The notes under the pieces: generated by a model
Seen by the model: the letters and a program-made list of their open reading frames with translations, nothing else
What the model was told of the DNA's origin: nothing
Databases searched by the model: none
Part shown: positions 28,779 to 38,220 of the stretch, piece by piece
Numbering within the stretch: the stretch's first letter is position 1
How the letters are laid out: each line of letters opens with the position of its first letter
Assembly (NCBI GenBank): GCA_041659325.1
Contig: JBAZYN010000001.1
Location: forward strand, 238,819 to 302,818
Direction: 5' to 3'
DNA from: Candidatus Shapirobacteria bacterium
Lineage (GTDB): Bacteria; Patescibacteriota; Microgenomatia; UBA12405
Length of the DNA: 64,000 bases
Translations under genes and position numbers: made by a program

Positions 28779-30325
28779 TGTCTACCATAAAAAAATTAAT
28801 AATCCCAATTCTCCTTCTCATTTTTAGCTTCTGGCAACTAAGCTCACTATCTGACAAAAGATGGCCAACCTCACACGATGGCGTTTTTCATGTCATTCGG
28901 ATCAGAGAATTTTTCTACGAGCTGTCTTCCGGCCACTTTCCTGTTCGTTGGGCCAGTAGGTTAGACAACGGCTATGGTATCCCATTGTTCAACTACATCT
29001 ACCCCGGCCCATACCTCCTCTCATCACTACCCATGTCATTTGGCATAAATGAGGTAAATTCTTATAAAATTACCATTTTTTTTGCATATTTTTTAGCGAT
29101 TTCCGGTTTCTTCTATCTATTTCGCCAAACCAACCGCTTTTTGGCCTTAATCGGTTCACTGATATATGGATTAACTCCATACGTTTTTCTAAATATTTTT
29201 GTAAGAGGGGCCCTGGGAGAAACAATCTCCATGAGTTTCATGCCCTGGGCTCTTGTAGGCATCCTTGAACGCAGAAAAATACTCACCGTTCTATCGCTCT
29301 CATTCATTCTAATCAGCCACAATTTCCTGGGAATTCTTTTTCTCTTTTTTTTGATTCTCTTTTTACTTTGGAATAAAAGACTAAACATTTTTACCGTTAC
29401 AACTATCCTATTGTCTCTTGGTCTTTCCGCTTTCTTTTTGCTACCAATGATTTTCGAAAGGCAATATATTGTTTCAGGCGCTAACAACAATTTTACCTTT
29501 AATTATCAGGAACATTTTCTTTACCTACGCCAGTTATTATATGGAAAATGGGATTACTGGTATTCCATCCCTGGGCCAAACGATGGCATGTCTTTTCAGC
29601 TTGGTTTTGCCAACATTATCATCCTGATACTATCAATCTCCACAATAATTTACAGAAAGAAAATTAACAATCTGTTTTATTTAACCGTTATTTATATTGG
29701 ATCCTGCATCCTAACTCAGGGATTTTCATTTCCGCTTTGGAAACTAATCAGACCTCTCCAAATAGTCCAATTCCCGTGGCGTTTTTTGTTTATAACCACT
29801 ATAATTTCTCCACTTTTATTTTTCGAAAACGCAAGTTATTGGATCAACAAAAAACGGACCATTACTCTCGCCGTTTCAATCGTAATTATCATCTTCGCCC
29901 TAATAAACGTCAGAAACTACCGCCGCCCTATGGATTTCCAATCACCGGAAAAATATAATGTTTATCTTGACCTTTATACCAACAAAACCACCACCGCCAT
30001 CCGCGAAGAAATATCACCCAAGTGGACTCTCAAAGAAAAATTCGCCGGCGACATTTCAAGCAGATTCACTATTTTCCCCGCTAATACAAATCTTTTTACT
30101 ATTCGCAAGAATTATTTTCCAACATGGAAACTTATCGATCTTTCAAAAAACATTGTTATTCCGATTGAGCCTGATGCCGATGGAAATATTACCGCCAAAC
30201 TCTCGGAGGGAACCTACCTGCTCAAAAACGGACAAACCCCCCTGGAGATAATTTCGAATTATATTAGCTTATTCTCCCTATTAGTTCTATTCGCCCCCTC
30301 ACTTCTCCGGGTAGCCAATAGATAA
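28778..30325 (+). CDS. YfhO-like GT-C membrane glycosyltransferase, cassette A
   Basis: The N-terminal loop is 'HDGVFHVIRIREFFYELSSGHFPVRWASRLDNGYGIPLFNYIYPGPY'. The C-terminal soluble region carries 'YFPTWKLIDLSKN...' and then a terminal TM. There are five further paralogs in the window. Confidence 0.5.
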   Translation: MSTIKKLIIPILLLIFSFWQLSSLSDKRWPTSHDGVFHVIRIREFFYELSSGHFPVRWASRLDNGYGIPLFNYIYPGPYLLSSLPMSFGINEVNSYKITIFFAYFLAISGFFYLFRQTNRFLALIGSLIYGLTPYVFLNIFVRGALGETISMSFMPWALVGILERRKILTVLSLSFILISHNFLGILFLFFLILFLLWNKRLNIFTVTTILLSLGLSAFFLLPMIFERQYIVSGANNNFTFNYQEHFLYLRQLLYGKWDYWYSIPGPNDGMSFQLGFANIIILILSISTIIYRKKINNLFYLTVIYIGSCILTQGFSFPLWKLIRPLQIVQFPWRFLFITTIISPLLFFENASYWINKKRTITLAVSIVIIIFALINVRNYRRPMDFQSPEKYNVYLDLYTNKTTTAIREEISPKWTLKEKFAGDISSRFTIFPANTNLFTIRKNYFPTWKLIDLSKNIVIPIEPDADGNITAKLSEGTYLLKNGQTPLEIISNYISLFSLLVLFAPSLLRVANR

Positions 30326-31506
30326 ACCAATATACCAATCAGCACCGCCCTACCCATCAGAAGTATTTGCCCGGACATATTTTGAATACTTAACGGAAGT
30401 TGGGACATTTCTCTTGCCGCCAAAAAAATCGCATAGTGGAGCGTTGGGTCAAACGAAAATAAAACACAAAACCATCCAAATATAGCTGCCAAATATACCA
30501 TCATCGATTCATTTTTTATTGCCCAGATGACCATCCACGGCATCAACCAAACCAACCATTGAGGGTGAAAATGGGTAAATGCCAAACTGGATAATAACCC
30601 GGCTCCAAAGGCAGTCAAGAAACTAATATTATTTTTCCAAAACAACAACAAAATTACGGAATAAGCAATAAAAAACCACGGAATAGCTGTACCTCCCGAA
30701 ATAGCGATACCGGCATAGGTACTCTTGTTGATTTGATCAGCAAACAAAGAAAAGGCTCTATAGGCCGGAGATCCAAGATACGGCAGTATTCCCAAAAAGT
30801 AAACCAACCCTCCGCAAATACCCGGGGCAATACCTCTCCAAAAATTCTTATTCCTCAAGATACTCTCCATCACCACAATTGGGATCAAAATCAATCCTAT
30901 TGGCTTAATCAAAGCTGAAATCGCCACCATAGCCGCCGTCAGGCAATATTTTTTGTTTTTTCTCGCCAAAAGTGCCAAAACTAGCCAAAAAGCAATCATA
31001 ATATCCACCTGACCCATCATCGAACCCACATAAATTCCCAGTGGATTAAATATCCACAAAATTTGTGCCAGTCGTTTTTTCTTTTGATCAATAAAAAATT
31101 TAGCCAACATAAACACGATCGCCAGATCGGCCACGATCATCGGAAGTTTGTACAACAAAAGCACCCAGTTTACTGACACACTATGAAGTATATCCCAATT
31201 AGTATTCACGATTCCTTCGGCAGTATCCAATATCAACCCCTTAAACGGTAAATAAAACAGCGATGGTAATATATAAGCCAGTGGTTGATAGTTAAAAATC
31301 ATTTTACTCGGCAAATACAAGACACTGCCGTCTTCATTAAACCTAACCGCCTGGTCATAAAACGACCAGATTTTCCCCTCGCCGGCAATATATTTTCCCG
31401 CCAAGGCAAATGCACCCAAATCCGAATGGTAGGTAGTAATAGCCAAAAAAACTCTCAGCGCGATACCGACCACCAACAGGATATAGAAAATTCTATCTTT
31501 AATCAT
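30259..31506 (-). CDS. DUF2029/GT87-like GT-C membrane protein (putative mannosyltransferase-type)
   Basis: It is polytopic. 'FNPLGIYVGSMMGQVDIMIAFWLVL' is shared with the paralog at 47033..48817. The ORF track extends to 31650, but the internal ATG at 31506 avoids a 100-nt overlap with the opposing GT2 gene. Confidence 0.45.
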   Translation of the reverse strand: MIKDRIFYILLVVGIALRVFLAITTYHSDLGAFALAGKYIAGEGKIWSFYDQAVRFNEDGSVLYLPSKMIFNYQPLAYILPSLFYLPFKGLILDTAEGIVNTNWDILHSVSVNWVLLLYKLPMIVADLAIVFMLAKFFIDQKKKRLAQILWIFNPLGIYVGSMMGQVDIMIAFWLVLALLARKNKKYCLTAAMVAISALIKPIGLILIPIVVMESILRNKNFWRGIAPGICGGLVYFLGILPYLGSPAYRAFSLFADQINKSTYAGIAISGGTAIPWFFIAYSVILLLFWKNNISFLTAFGAGLLSSLAFTHFHPQWLVWLMPWMVIWAIKNESMMVYLAAIFGWFCVLFSFDPTLHYAIFLAAREMSQLPLSIQNMSGQILLMGRAVLIGILVYLLATRRSEGANRTNRENKLI

Positions 31507-31551
31507 ATAGCTGAAGTATAACTCGAAAAGAGATTCTAGTATAATTAACCA

Positions 31552-32316
31552 ATGACAACAACCATTTCGATCATCATTCCCTGTTACAACGAAGAAGAAA
31601 ATCTTAAAAGGGGAGTCCTGGATGAGGTCAATGACTTTCTCCAAACTCAAAAGTTTAAATGGGAAGTTTTAATTTGTAACGATGAATCTACCGACAATAG
31701 CCTGAAATTGGTCCGTGAATTTGTCAATAAACACTCGGGGTTCCGTGTTTTAGACCTCCCTCATGGCGGTAAGCCTTCGGCCGTATGGGGCGGAATAAAA
31801 GAAGCTCAATATCCGCTTGTTATTTTCACCGACATGGACCAATCGACTCCCTTAAAAGAAATCAACAAACTTCTGCCATTTTTTAAGTCATATGATGTTG
31901 TTATTGGTTCCAGAGGTTCGCATAGGGAGGGAAATACATTTTTAAGAAAGCTGGGCTCTAAAATATTTCTTTTAATCAGAAAACTCATTTTACTTCACCA
32001 AATTAGCGACACTCAATGTGGTTTCAAGGCAATGAAAATTGATGTTGCCAAGAAACTATTTCCCAATCTCCAGTTCTTTAAAGAAAAGACAGGAAAGAAG
32101 GGGTGGCGAGTTTCTGCCTACGACGTTGAACTACTCTTTATGGCAGAAAAATGGGGATATTCGATTAAAGAAATTCCGGTTGAATGGAAAAATGAAGACA
32201 CCAGCACGACCAAGGGAGATCTAAATGCCCGTTACAAGAAAGAATCAATCCAAATGGCACAAGAAATTTGGAGGGTTATGAAAAACAATCTGAAGGGTGT
32301 ATATGACCAAAATTAG
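31552..32316 (+). CDS. Polyprenyl-phosphate sugar synthase (GT2; DPM1/ArnC/CsbB-like), cassette B
   Basis: 'IIIPCYNEEENL' is followed by 'VLICNDESTDNS', then 'FTDMDQST' (DxD). 'QCGFKAM' is typical of the DPM1/GtrB family. Confidence 0.7.
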   Translation: MTTTISIIIPCYNEEENLKRGVLDEVNDFLQTQKFKWEVLICNDESTDNSLKLVREFVNKHSGFRVLDLPHGGKPSAVWGGIKEAQYPLVIFTDMDQSTPLKEINKLLPFFKSYDVVIGSRGSHREGNTFLRKLGSKIFLLIRKLILLHQISDTQCGFKAMKIDVAKKLFPNLQFFKEKTGKKGWRVSAYDVELLFMAEKWGYSIKEIPVEWKNEDTSTTKGDLNARYKKESIQMAQEIWRVMKNNLKGVYDQN

Positions 32317-33820
32317 AGGGATTCTTCTATACCGATTTTTAACAGTCTCTCTGATTATAGGACTATATTTAGCAACTCGTTTCCAAAATCTCACTTTTAT
32401 TCCTGTATTTGGGGATGAAGCCATATACCTACGCTGGAGCCAAATTATAAAAAATGTTGAAACCCTTAGGTTTATTCCTCAAACTGATGGAAAACAACCA
32501 CTATTTATGTGGATCACGGTGATCTTTTTCAAATTTATCAAAGATCCCCTGGCTGCGGGAAGGACTTTATCGGTACTATCCGGGTTCGGAACGATGATTA
32601 TCCTTTTTGTCACATATTCTATTATTGAAAATTATCATTCCAACAATACCCATCCCCTCAAATTTATTTTCGAATCAATTAACAATCATTTTTTCGTTTC
32701 TCTTATACCGTGCATCATCTACATTTTTCTGCCTTTCTCGTTTTTTTTCGACAGGATGGCCCTACCTGATAATCTCCTTTCATTTTTTGGCATCTTATCT
32801 CTCTTTTTAAGTCTACTACTTTCCAAATTTAGACGCTTAGACCTAGCCTTGCTCCTCGGTTTCGCTCTCGGACTGTCCTGGCTTACCAAATCACCGGCCA
32901 TATATTTTATTGTCCTGTCGGTACTGACTTATGTTTTTTATCTTTCCAAAAACACAAAAACAATAATTCTGCCTGTCATTTCAGTTGTTCTTGCCTTCAT
33001 CATCTACAACATCCTCCGACTTGGTCCGCAATTTCATATGATTGCCTTAAGAAACAAAGACTACGTCTGGACTCTTTCGGAAATTATTCGGCATCCACTC
33101 GATCCTTTGGTTCCACACCTGTGGGATGTTGTACACATATTTTCTCTATATATCTCGATCCCGCTATTCCTAATTGTTTTCCTCTTTTTACAAAATAAAT
33201 TTAAACGCGACCAACTAGTTGTTTTTTTCTGGTTTATATTACCTCTGATTGCCTCTGCCGCCATGTCAAAAGTTTTTACAGCCAGATATATTCTCTTCAC
33301 CCTACCACCATTAATTATTCTTATTTCTCGTGGCGCACAAAGCTTCGTTAGTAATAGCCGTTTTAAAATATTAACCTTTTTGCTGTTGTTTACAATAAAT
33401 TTATCCACCATCTATCAACTATCCTACAAGCCCTTCTATGCCAAACTACCTTCCACCGAACAGGGCTATCTCTCAGATTGGACATCGGGGTGGGGAATAA
33501 ATGAAGCGGCAATATTCTTGAGAGAAAGAGCCAAAGTTTCTAACGTAATTGTTGGGACCGAAGGTTATTTTGGCACTTTACCCGACGGTCTCCAGATCTA
33601 CACCCAAAACACTTCTCAGTTAACCGTCTTTGGTGTCGGATTGGGTTTTAATTTTATTCCGGAAAAACTTATTGATGCCAAAAATCACGGCGATGAAGTC
33701 TATCTGCTCATAAACAAATCCCGAAATAACCTCCATTTTATGGAAATGGAAAAGATAAAACTAATAAAAAGTTTCCCTAAACCACAAAACGACTCTCTCG
33801 ATCTATACCAAATAACCTAG
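32297..33820 (+). CDS. ArnT-like GT-C membrane glycosyltransferase, cassette B copy 1
   Basis: 'VFGDEAIYLRWSQIIKN...' follows an N-terminal TM. The protein is polytopic and has the same architecture as the gene at 25973. Confidence 0.5.
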   Translation: MYMTKIRGILLYRFLTVSLIIGLYLATRFQNLTFIPVFGDEAIYLRWSQIIKNVETLRFIPQTDGKQPLFMWITVIFFKFIKDPLAAGRTLSVLSGFGTMIILFVTYSIIENYHSNNTHPLKFIFESINNHFFVSLIPCIIYIFLPFSFFFDRMALPDNLLSFFGILSLFLSLLLSKFRRLDLALLLGFALGLSWLTKSPAIYFIVLSVLTYVFYLSKNTKTIILPVISVVLAFIIYNILRLGPQFHMIALRNKDYVWTLSEIIRHPLDPLVPHLWDVVHIFSLYISIPLFLIVFLFLQNKFKRDQLVVFFWFILPLIASAAMSKVFTARYILFTLPPLIILISRGAQSFVSNSRFKILTFLLLFTINLSTIYQLSYKPFYAKLPSTEQGYLSDWTSGWGINEAAIFLRERAKVSNVIVGTEGYFGTLPDGLQIYTQNTSQLTVFGVGLGFNFIPEKLIDAKNHGDEVYLLINKSRNNLHFMEMEKIKLIKSFPKPQNDSLDLYQIT

Positions 33821-33821
33821 T

Positions 33822-35054
33822 ATGAAAAAAATTGGATTTTATTTCCTGATACTTGGTATTTCAGTCATCTATCTTTTGCTAAGAATAAACCGTCTAAATG
33901 AAAATATTGAGTTTAGGCTCGATCAGGGTATTCACTTGCTGGAAACATACCAAATGGTTACTAGCAAAAAAATCAGCCTAATCGGCCCGATGGTCACATC
34001 AAAAAGCCGCGACGGACGAAACTTCTATATCGGTGGAAATTATTACTATGCCCTGGCAATACTTGGCATAGTTAGTGAGTGGGATCCCGTAAAAATAACC
34101 GCTTTCTATAATTTTATCGAACTTACTTTCATAATCTTTTTTATATTTTGGCTTCGTTCAAGATTTAACCCCAATTCCGCCATCATTATCTTTGTTTTTT
34201 TAACCTCATTCTGCTATCTGATCACTCATAGCCGTTTTTTTTGGAACCCGCATTTCCTTATTCCTCTGGGGATATTAGTCACATACTTTATCGATCAATT
34301 TTACCAAAGGCAACAAAACATCTTTTTGCTATTGGCCGCAATAACACTAGGAAACGCCGTGTCATTTCACTACTCCGCGCTAGTATGGACCATTCCGATA
34401 GTCGCTTTCATAATTTTTACAAAATCCAAATCGATCTGGCAAATTCCACTATTCTTATTAGGAACAACGGTTGGAGCCTTACCAATAATAATCTTCGAGT
34501 TAAGACATAATTTTTACAACATAAGAACAATTTTTTTTATTTTTACTCATTTTGAAGAAAACAGGGGATTAACTCCACACTATTTCGTATATCCCACCCT
34601 TATCTTTATTTTATGGTTTTTTGCCTATTTCCAAAACAAATTCAAAGTCAAAAAATACTTTATTATCGCTTCTACCTTTTTCTTATTTCTAATAGGTTTA
34701 CTTATTCCTCCGGTAAGTCCGCTCGACAACCTTTCCGGCTGGGATTACCCATCTCAAAAAAGGGTTGTAGACATTATCACAAAAAACATCTGCCCTGAAA
34801 ATTATAATATCGCCTCCACTGTCGGTGGTGATACCAGATCTTATGACATTAGATATCTGCTTACCATCCGCCACTGCCCACCCAAGGAGGTAGAAACATA
34901 CTCTGACAATCAAACTCTGTTTCTGGTTGCGCCGCCTGACCGGCCTCCGGAGACAGAAAAGGTTTGGGAAGTATCTTCTTTTAAACCGTTTAAAGTTACA
35001 AATCAGCAGGAAATCAATAACCAAATTATTCTTTACCGGCTCGATAAAACCTAA
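33822..35054 (+). CDS. ArnT-like GT-C membrane glycosyltransferase, cassette B copy 2
   Basis: 'RLDQGIHLLETYQMVTSKKISLIGPMVTSKSRDGRNFYIGGNYYYALAIL' can be compared with the 27453 gene's 'LIGPRVANDNGFFVGPFHYYFLV'. Confidence 0.5.
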   Translation: MKKIGFYFLILGISVIYLLLRINRLNENIEFRLDQGIHLLETYQMVTSKKISLIGPMVTSKSRDGRNFYIGGNYYYALAILGIVSEWDPVKITAFYNFIELTFIIFFIFWLRSRFNPNSAIIIFVFLTSFCYLITHSRFFWNPHFLIPLGILVTYFIDQFYQRQQNIFLLLAAITLGNAVSFHYSALVWTIPIVAFIIFTKSKSIWQIPLFLLGTTVGALPIIIFELRHNFYNIRTIFFIFTHFEENRGLTPHYFVYPTLIFILWFFAYFQNKFKVKKYFIIASTFFLFLIGLLIPPVSPLDNLSGWDYPSQKRVVDIITKNICPENYNIASTVGGDTRSYDIRYLLTIRHCPPKEVETYSDNQTLFLVAPPDRPPETEKVWEVSSFKPFKVTNQQEINNQIILYRLDKT

Positions 35055-35077
35055 GCCATTCATAGTAAAATATAATC

Positions 35078-36793
35078 ATGTTGTCCAAATTAACTAAAAA
35101 ACGATTCTTTTGGCCAATCTTAGTTTTCATCTGTACAATTCCCGCCTTTTCCTTTCTTCTCAAACCAGGTTACTACATCATGCATGATGACATGCAGCCC
35201 ATCCGACAACTAAGCTTTGAGCAATGCTTAAAAGATGGGCAGATACCGTGCCGCTGGTCACCTTATCTCGGTTACGAATATGGCTATCCACTTTTCAACT
35301 ATTACCCCGCACTACCCTATGCCGTTGGTCAAGTATTCAGAGTTTTGGGATTTTCTTTTTTGACTTCGATTAAATTAACCGCCATCCTTCAATTTATATT
35401 CTCTGCTCTCTTCATCTACGTATTTGCCAAAGATATATTTGGTAAATTAGGAGGATTTTTATCATCTGTTTTTTATACATATGCTCCCAATCACGCCTTA
35501 AATATTTATGTCCGCGGGGCAATGAACGAAGCTTGGGCATTGGTATTTCTTCCCCTAATTTTGTTTTTTGCTCATCGGGCAATAACAAAAAACAAAACTT
35601 GTTATTTCATCGGTTTATCGCTTTCTCTTTCCTTTTTAATGCTATCCCACAATCCCACAGTTTTGACCTTTATCCCGATTCTGGTTACCTTTTGTCTTTT
35701 TTGGATATACAAATCAAAACATTTCCGGCCGGAATATTTTCTGAAATTAGCTTTAAGTGGGTTATTTGCCATATGTCTTTCCGCCTTTTTCACTCTTCCT
35801 GTTCTCTTCGAATCAAAACTAGTCCAAATAGAAACAATGTTTACCAATTATTATCACTACACTGCCCACTTTGTTTCTATTTTCCAATTATTTATCAGTA
35901 ATTTCTGGGGAGATGGAGGCTCAATTTGGGGTCCCAATGACGGAATGTCATTTATGGTCGGATATCTCCACTGGTTTTTGCCTGTGCTTATCGTTTTTGC
36001 CGTTGTTTTTATTACTTATAAAACAAAGAAAATAGATACTGTTTACATTTTTACCACTATTCTTATATCCACGGGACTATTCACCACCTTCATGTCCCAC
36101 GAACGCTCGACCTTCCTATGGCAGTTATTTCCCGTAATTCAAAAAGTTCAATTCCCCTGGCGGTTTTTAAGTCTCACCTCTCTTTTCTCTTCCATTTCTA
36201 TCGGAATTATTCCTCTAATACTTTCAAAATATATAAAACTCAAAACGGTTGTTATTATCACCGGCACAATTGCACTTATTACCTTTGCAATTAATTTCAA
36301 CTATTTTCATCCCGTTAGAAGCGGACCAGTATCCGATTTGGAAAAATTCTCAGGTGAAAGTTGGCGTCTACAAACTACCGCAAGCATTTACGACTATTTA
36401 CCGAAAACAGCCTCGATGGCGGCAAAAAAACCAGCTACCAAATTTATTGACTCAATAAACCCCCCATCCGATTACATTATCACTGGACAAAAACAGGGGA
36501 CAGATTGGCTATTTTTCAACCTTATCCTTCAAAAAGATTCTGAAATTATCATTTCCCAACTCGCTTTCCCAAACTTTGTCATTACCGACAACAACCGCCA
36601 AATTAATTACACCATTGATCCTGAACTTGGTCGCATGGTTGTCAACCTCGAAACGGGAAATCATCAACTATATATTAAACTTAAAAACACACCTATAAGA
36701 ACTGTTGGCAACATAATATCGCTTTTAAGTTGGTTATCTGTTCTCGTTTACCTTTCTCTGAATCTATGGAAGAGATCAATATCGAAGAAATAA
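35078..36793 (+). CDS. YfhO-like GT-C membrane glycosyltransferase, cassette B
   Basis: 'MHDDMQPIRQLSFEQCLKDGQIPCRWSPYLGYEYGYPLFNYYP' is the family N-terminal loop. The C-terminal domain and a terminal TM 'RTVGNIISLLSWLSVLVYLSL' are present. Confidence 0.55.
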   Translation: MLSKLTKKRFFWPILVFICTIPAFSFLLKPGYYIMHDDMQPIRQLSFEQCLKDGQIPCRWSPYLGYEYGYPLFNYYPALPYAVGQVFRVLGFSFLTSIKLTAILQFIFSALFIYVFAKDIFGKLGGFLSSVFYTYAPNHALNIYVRGAMNEAWALVFLPLILFFAHRAITKNKTCYFIGLSLSLSFLMLSHNPTVLTFIPILVTFCLFWIYKSKHFRPEYFLKLALSGLFAICLSAFFTLPVLFESKLVQIETMFTNYYHYTAHFVSIFQLFISNFWGDGGSIWGPNDGMSFMVGYLHWFLPVLIVFAVVFITYKTKKIDTVYIFTTILISTGLFTTFMSHERSTFLWQLFPVIQKVQFPWRFLSLTSLFSSISIGIIPLILSKYIKLKTVVIITGTIALITFAINFNYFHPVRSGPVSDLEKFSGESWRLQTTASIYDYLPKTASMAAKKPATKFIDSINPPSDYIITGQKQGTDWLFFNLILQKDSEIIISQLAFPNFVITDNNRQINYTIDPELGRMVVNLETGNHQLYIKLKNTPIRTVGNIISLLSWLSVLVYLSLNLWKRSISKK

Positions 36794-38220
36794 AACAAAA
36801 AACCACCACCAACGTGGTTTTTTTATCTCTAAGAAACATCGGTCTTCAGGCAATTTCCACCATTGGTTTTTTCCTATTAACCATTCTATTGGGCACCGGG
36901 GAAGTCGGTTTATTTGCCATAGTCGCCGAATCTGTCGGTATATTAGGATATTTTTCCGATATCGGCCTTGCTTCAGCTCTTATTCAACAAAAAAATGACG
37001 TCACCAAAGAGGATCTTCAAACTACTTTTCTAATCCAACAGATACTAGTAATAGTCAGTCTGATAGTCATCTCTCTTATTTTTTTTCGACTAAGCGCCTC
37101 AAGATCCTATGGTCTCAAAGAAACTTGGATTTTCGTCTCTTTATGTTTTGCCTTTTTTACTGCCTCTTTAAAAACAATACCATCGGTACTGCTTGAGAGA
37201 AAACTAAACTTTAAATTGATATCCACTGTCGATATCGCTGAAAATATCAGTTTTTATCTCGTCGCTGTTGTCTTCGCATTTTTTCACTTTGGTGCCTACT
37301 CATATGCAATCGCTACTTTTTTTCGAAGCATTTTGGGTCTGGTACTAATTTATCACTTCAGCTCCTGGCCAATCGGTTATTCCTTTTCAAAAACTGCCGC
37401 CAAGCGTTTATTTAAATACGGTATACCTTTTCAGTTAAATTCATTTATAGCCATGGCAAAAGACCGTCTGTCAAATCTTTTGGTTGCCGGAATTATCGGT
37501 AGAGACAGCTTTGGCATTCTTTCCTGGGCTCAAAAAGGACCAAGAATCCCTCTAAGTTTTATGGATGCAATTATGAGAGTCACTTTTCCCACCTTTTCAA
37601 GGTTGCAGGACAAAACCGATCTCCTAAAACGTTCTTTAGAGAAATCACTTTATTTTATTGCCTTATTTGTTTTTCCGGCCCTGGCCGGTATTAGCTTAAT
37701 CGCCCCGGATATTATAAAAATAATCCCTAAATATACAAAATGGTCACCGGCCATATTTCCCCTATATCTCTACGCCGTCTCATATGCAATCGCCGCCGTT
37801 ACTTCTCCGATAACCAACGCTTTTAATGCTATTGGCAAAATCACCACCACCACCAAACTTATGATTATGTGGACAATTCTAACTTGGATTTTTTACCCCC
37901 TGTTAAGCCTTCGATATGGTTATATTGGTACTTCATATGCCGCAGTAATTGTGGGATCGAGCTCCTTTGTCGTTTGGATAATTGCCCACAATATTTTTAA
38001 AATAAATATTCTTAAGATTATCCTTCATCCATTTATTTCGACCATACTTGTCATTGTCAGTCTCATATCTCTTCAGCAACTACCGCTAGCCCCTCTTTCA
38101 CTTCTTATCAGCAAAATAATCATCGGAACTCTGGTTTATCTTTGCTATCACCTAACCGTCAGCCGTAATGAAGTTAATTGGTTTATCTCCCAAACTAAAT
38201 GGTTTTCAAACAAAAAATAG
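36766..38220 (+). CDS. Wzx/MOP-superfamily lipid-linked oligosaccharide flippase
   Basis: 'NVVFLSLRNIGLQAISTIGFFLLTILLGTGEVGLFAIVAESVGILGYFSDIGLASALIQ' is the polysaccharide_biosynthesis-protein N-terminal signature. The protein has about 12-14 TM segments. The ORF track starts it at 36730, but an ATG at 36766 is more plausible. Confidence 0.6.
   Translation: MEEINIEEIKQKTTTNVVFLSLRNIGLQAISTIGFFLLTILLGTGEVGLFAIVAESVGILGYFSDIGLASALIQQKNDVTKEDLQTTFLIQQILVIVSLIVISLIFFRLSASRSYGLKETWIFVSLCFAFFTASLKTIPSVLLERKLNFKLISTVDIAENISFYLVAVVFAFFHFGAYSYAIATFFRSILGLVLIYHFSSWPIGYSFSKTAAKRLFKYGIPFQLNSFIAMAKDRLSNLLVAGIIGRDSFGILSWAQKGPRIPLSFMDAIMRVTFPTFSRLQDKTDLLKRSLEKSLYFIALFVFPALAGISLIAPDIIKIIPKYTKWSPAIFPLYLYAVSYAIAAVTSPITNAFNAIGKITTTTKLMIMWTILTWIFYPLLSLRYGYIGTSYAAVIVGSSSFVVWIIAHNIFKINILKIILHPFISTILVIVSLISLQQLPLAPLSLLISKIIIGTLVYLCYHLTVSRNEVNWFISQTKWFSNKK

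Noticed and set aside
30259-31650. Long N-terminal extension (48 aa) of the DUF2029-like gene in the ORF track
   Set aside because: The extension would overlap the opposing GT2 gene at 31552 by about 100 nt and it contains no TM or motif. An internal ATG at 31506, directly before the first TM helix, is the likelier start.
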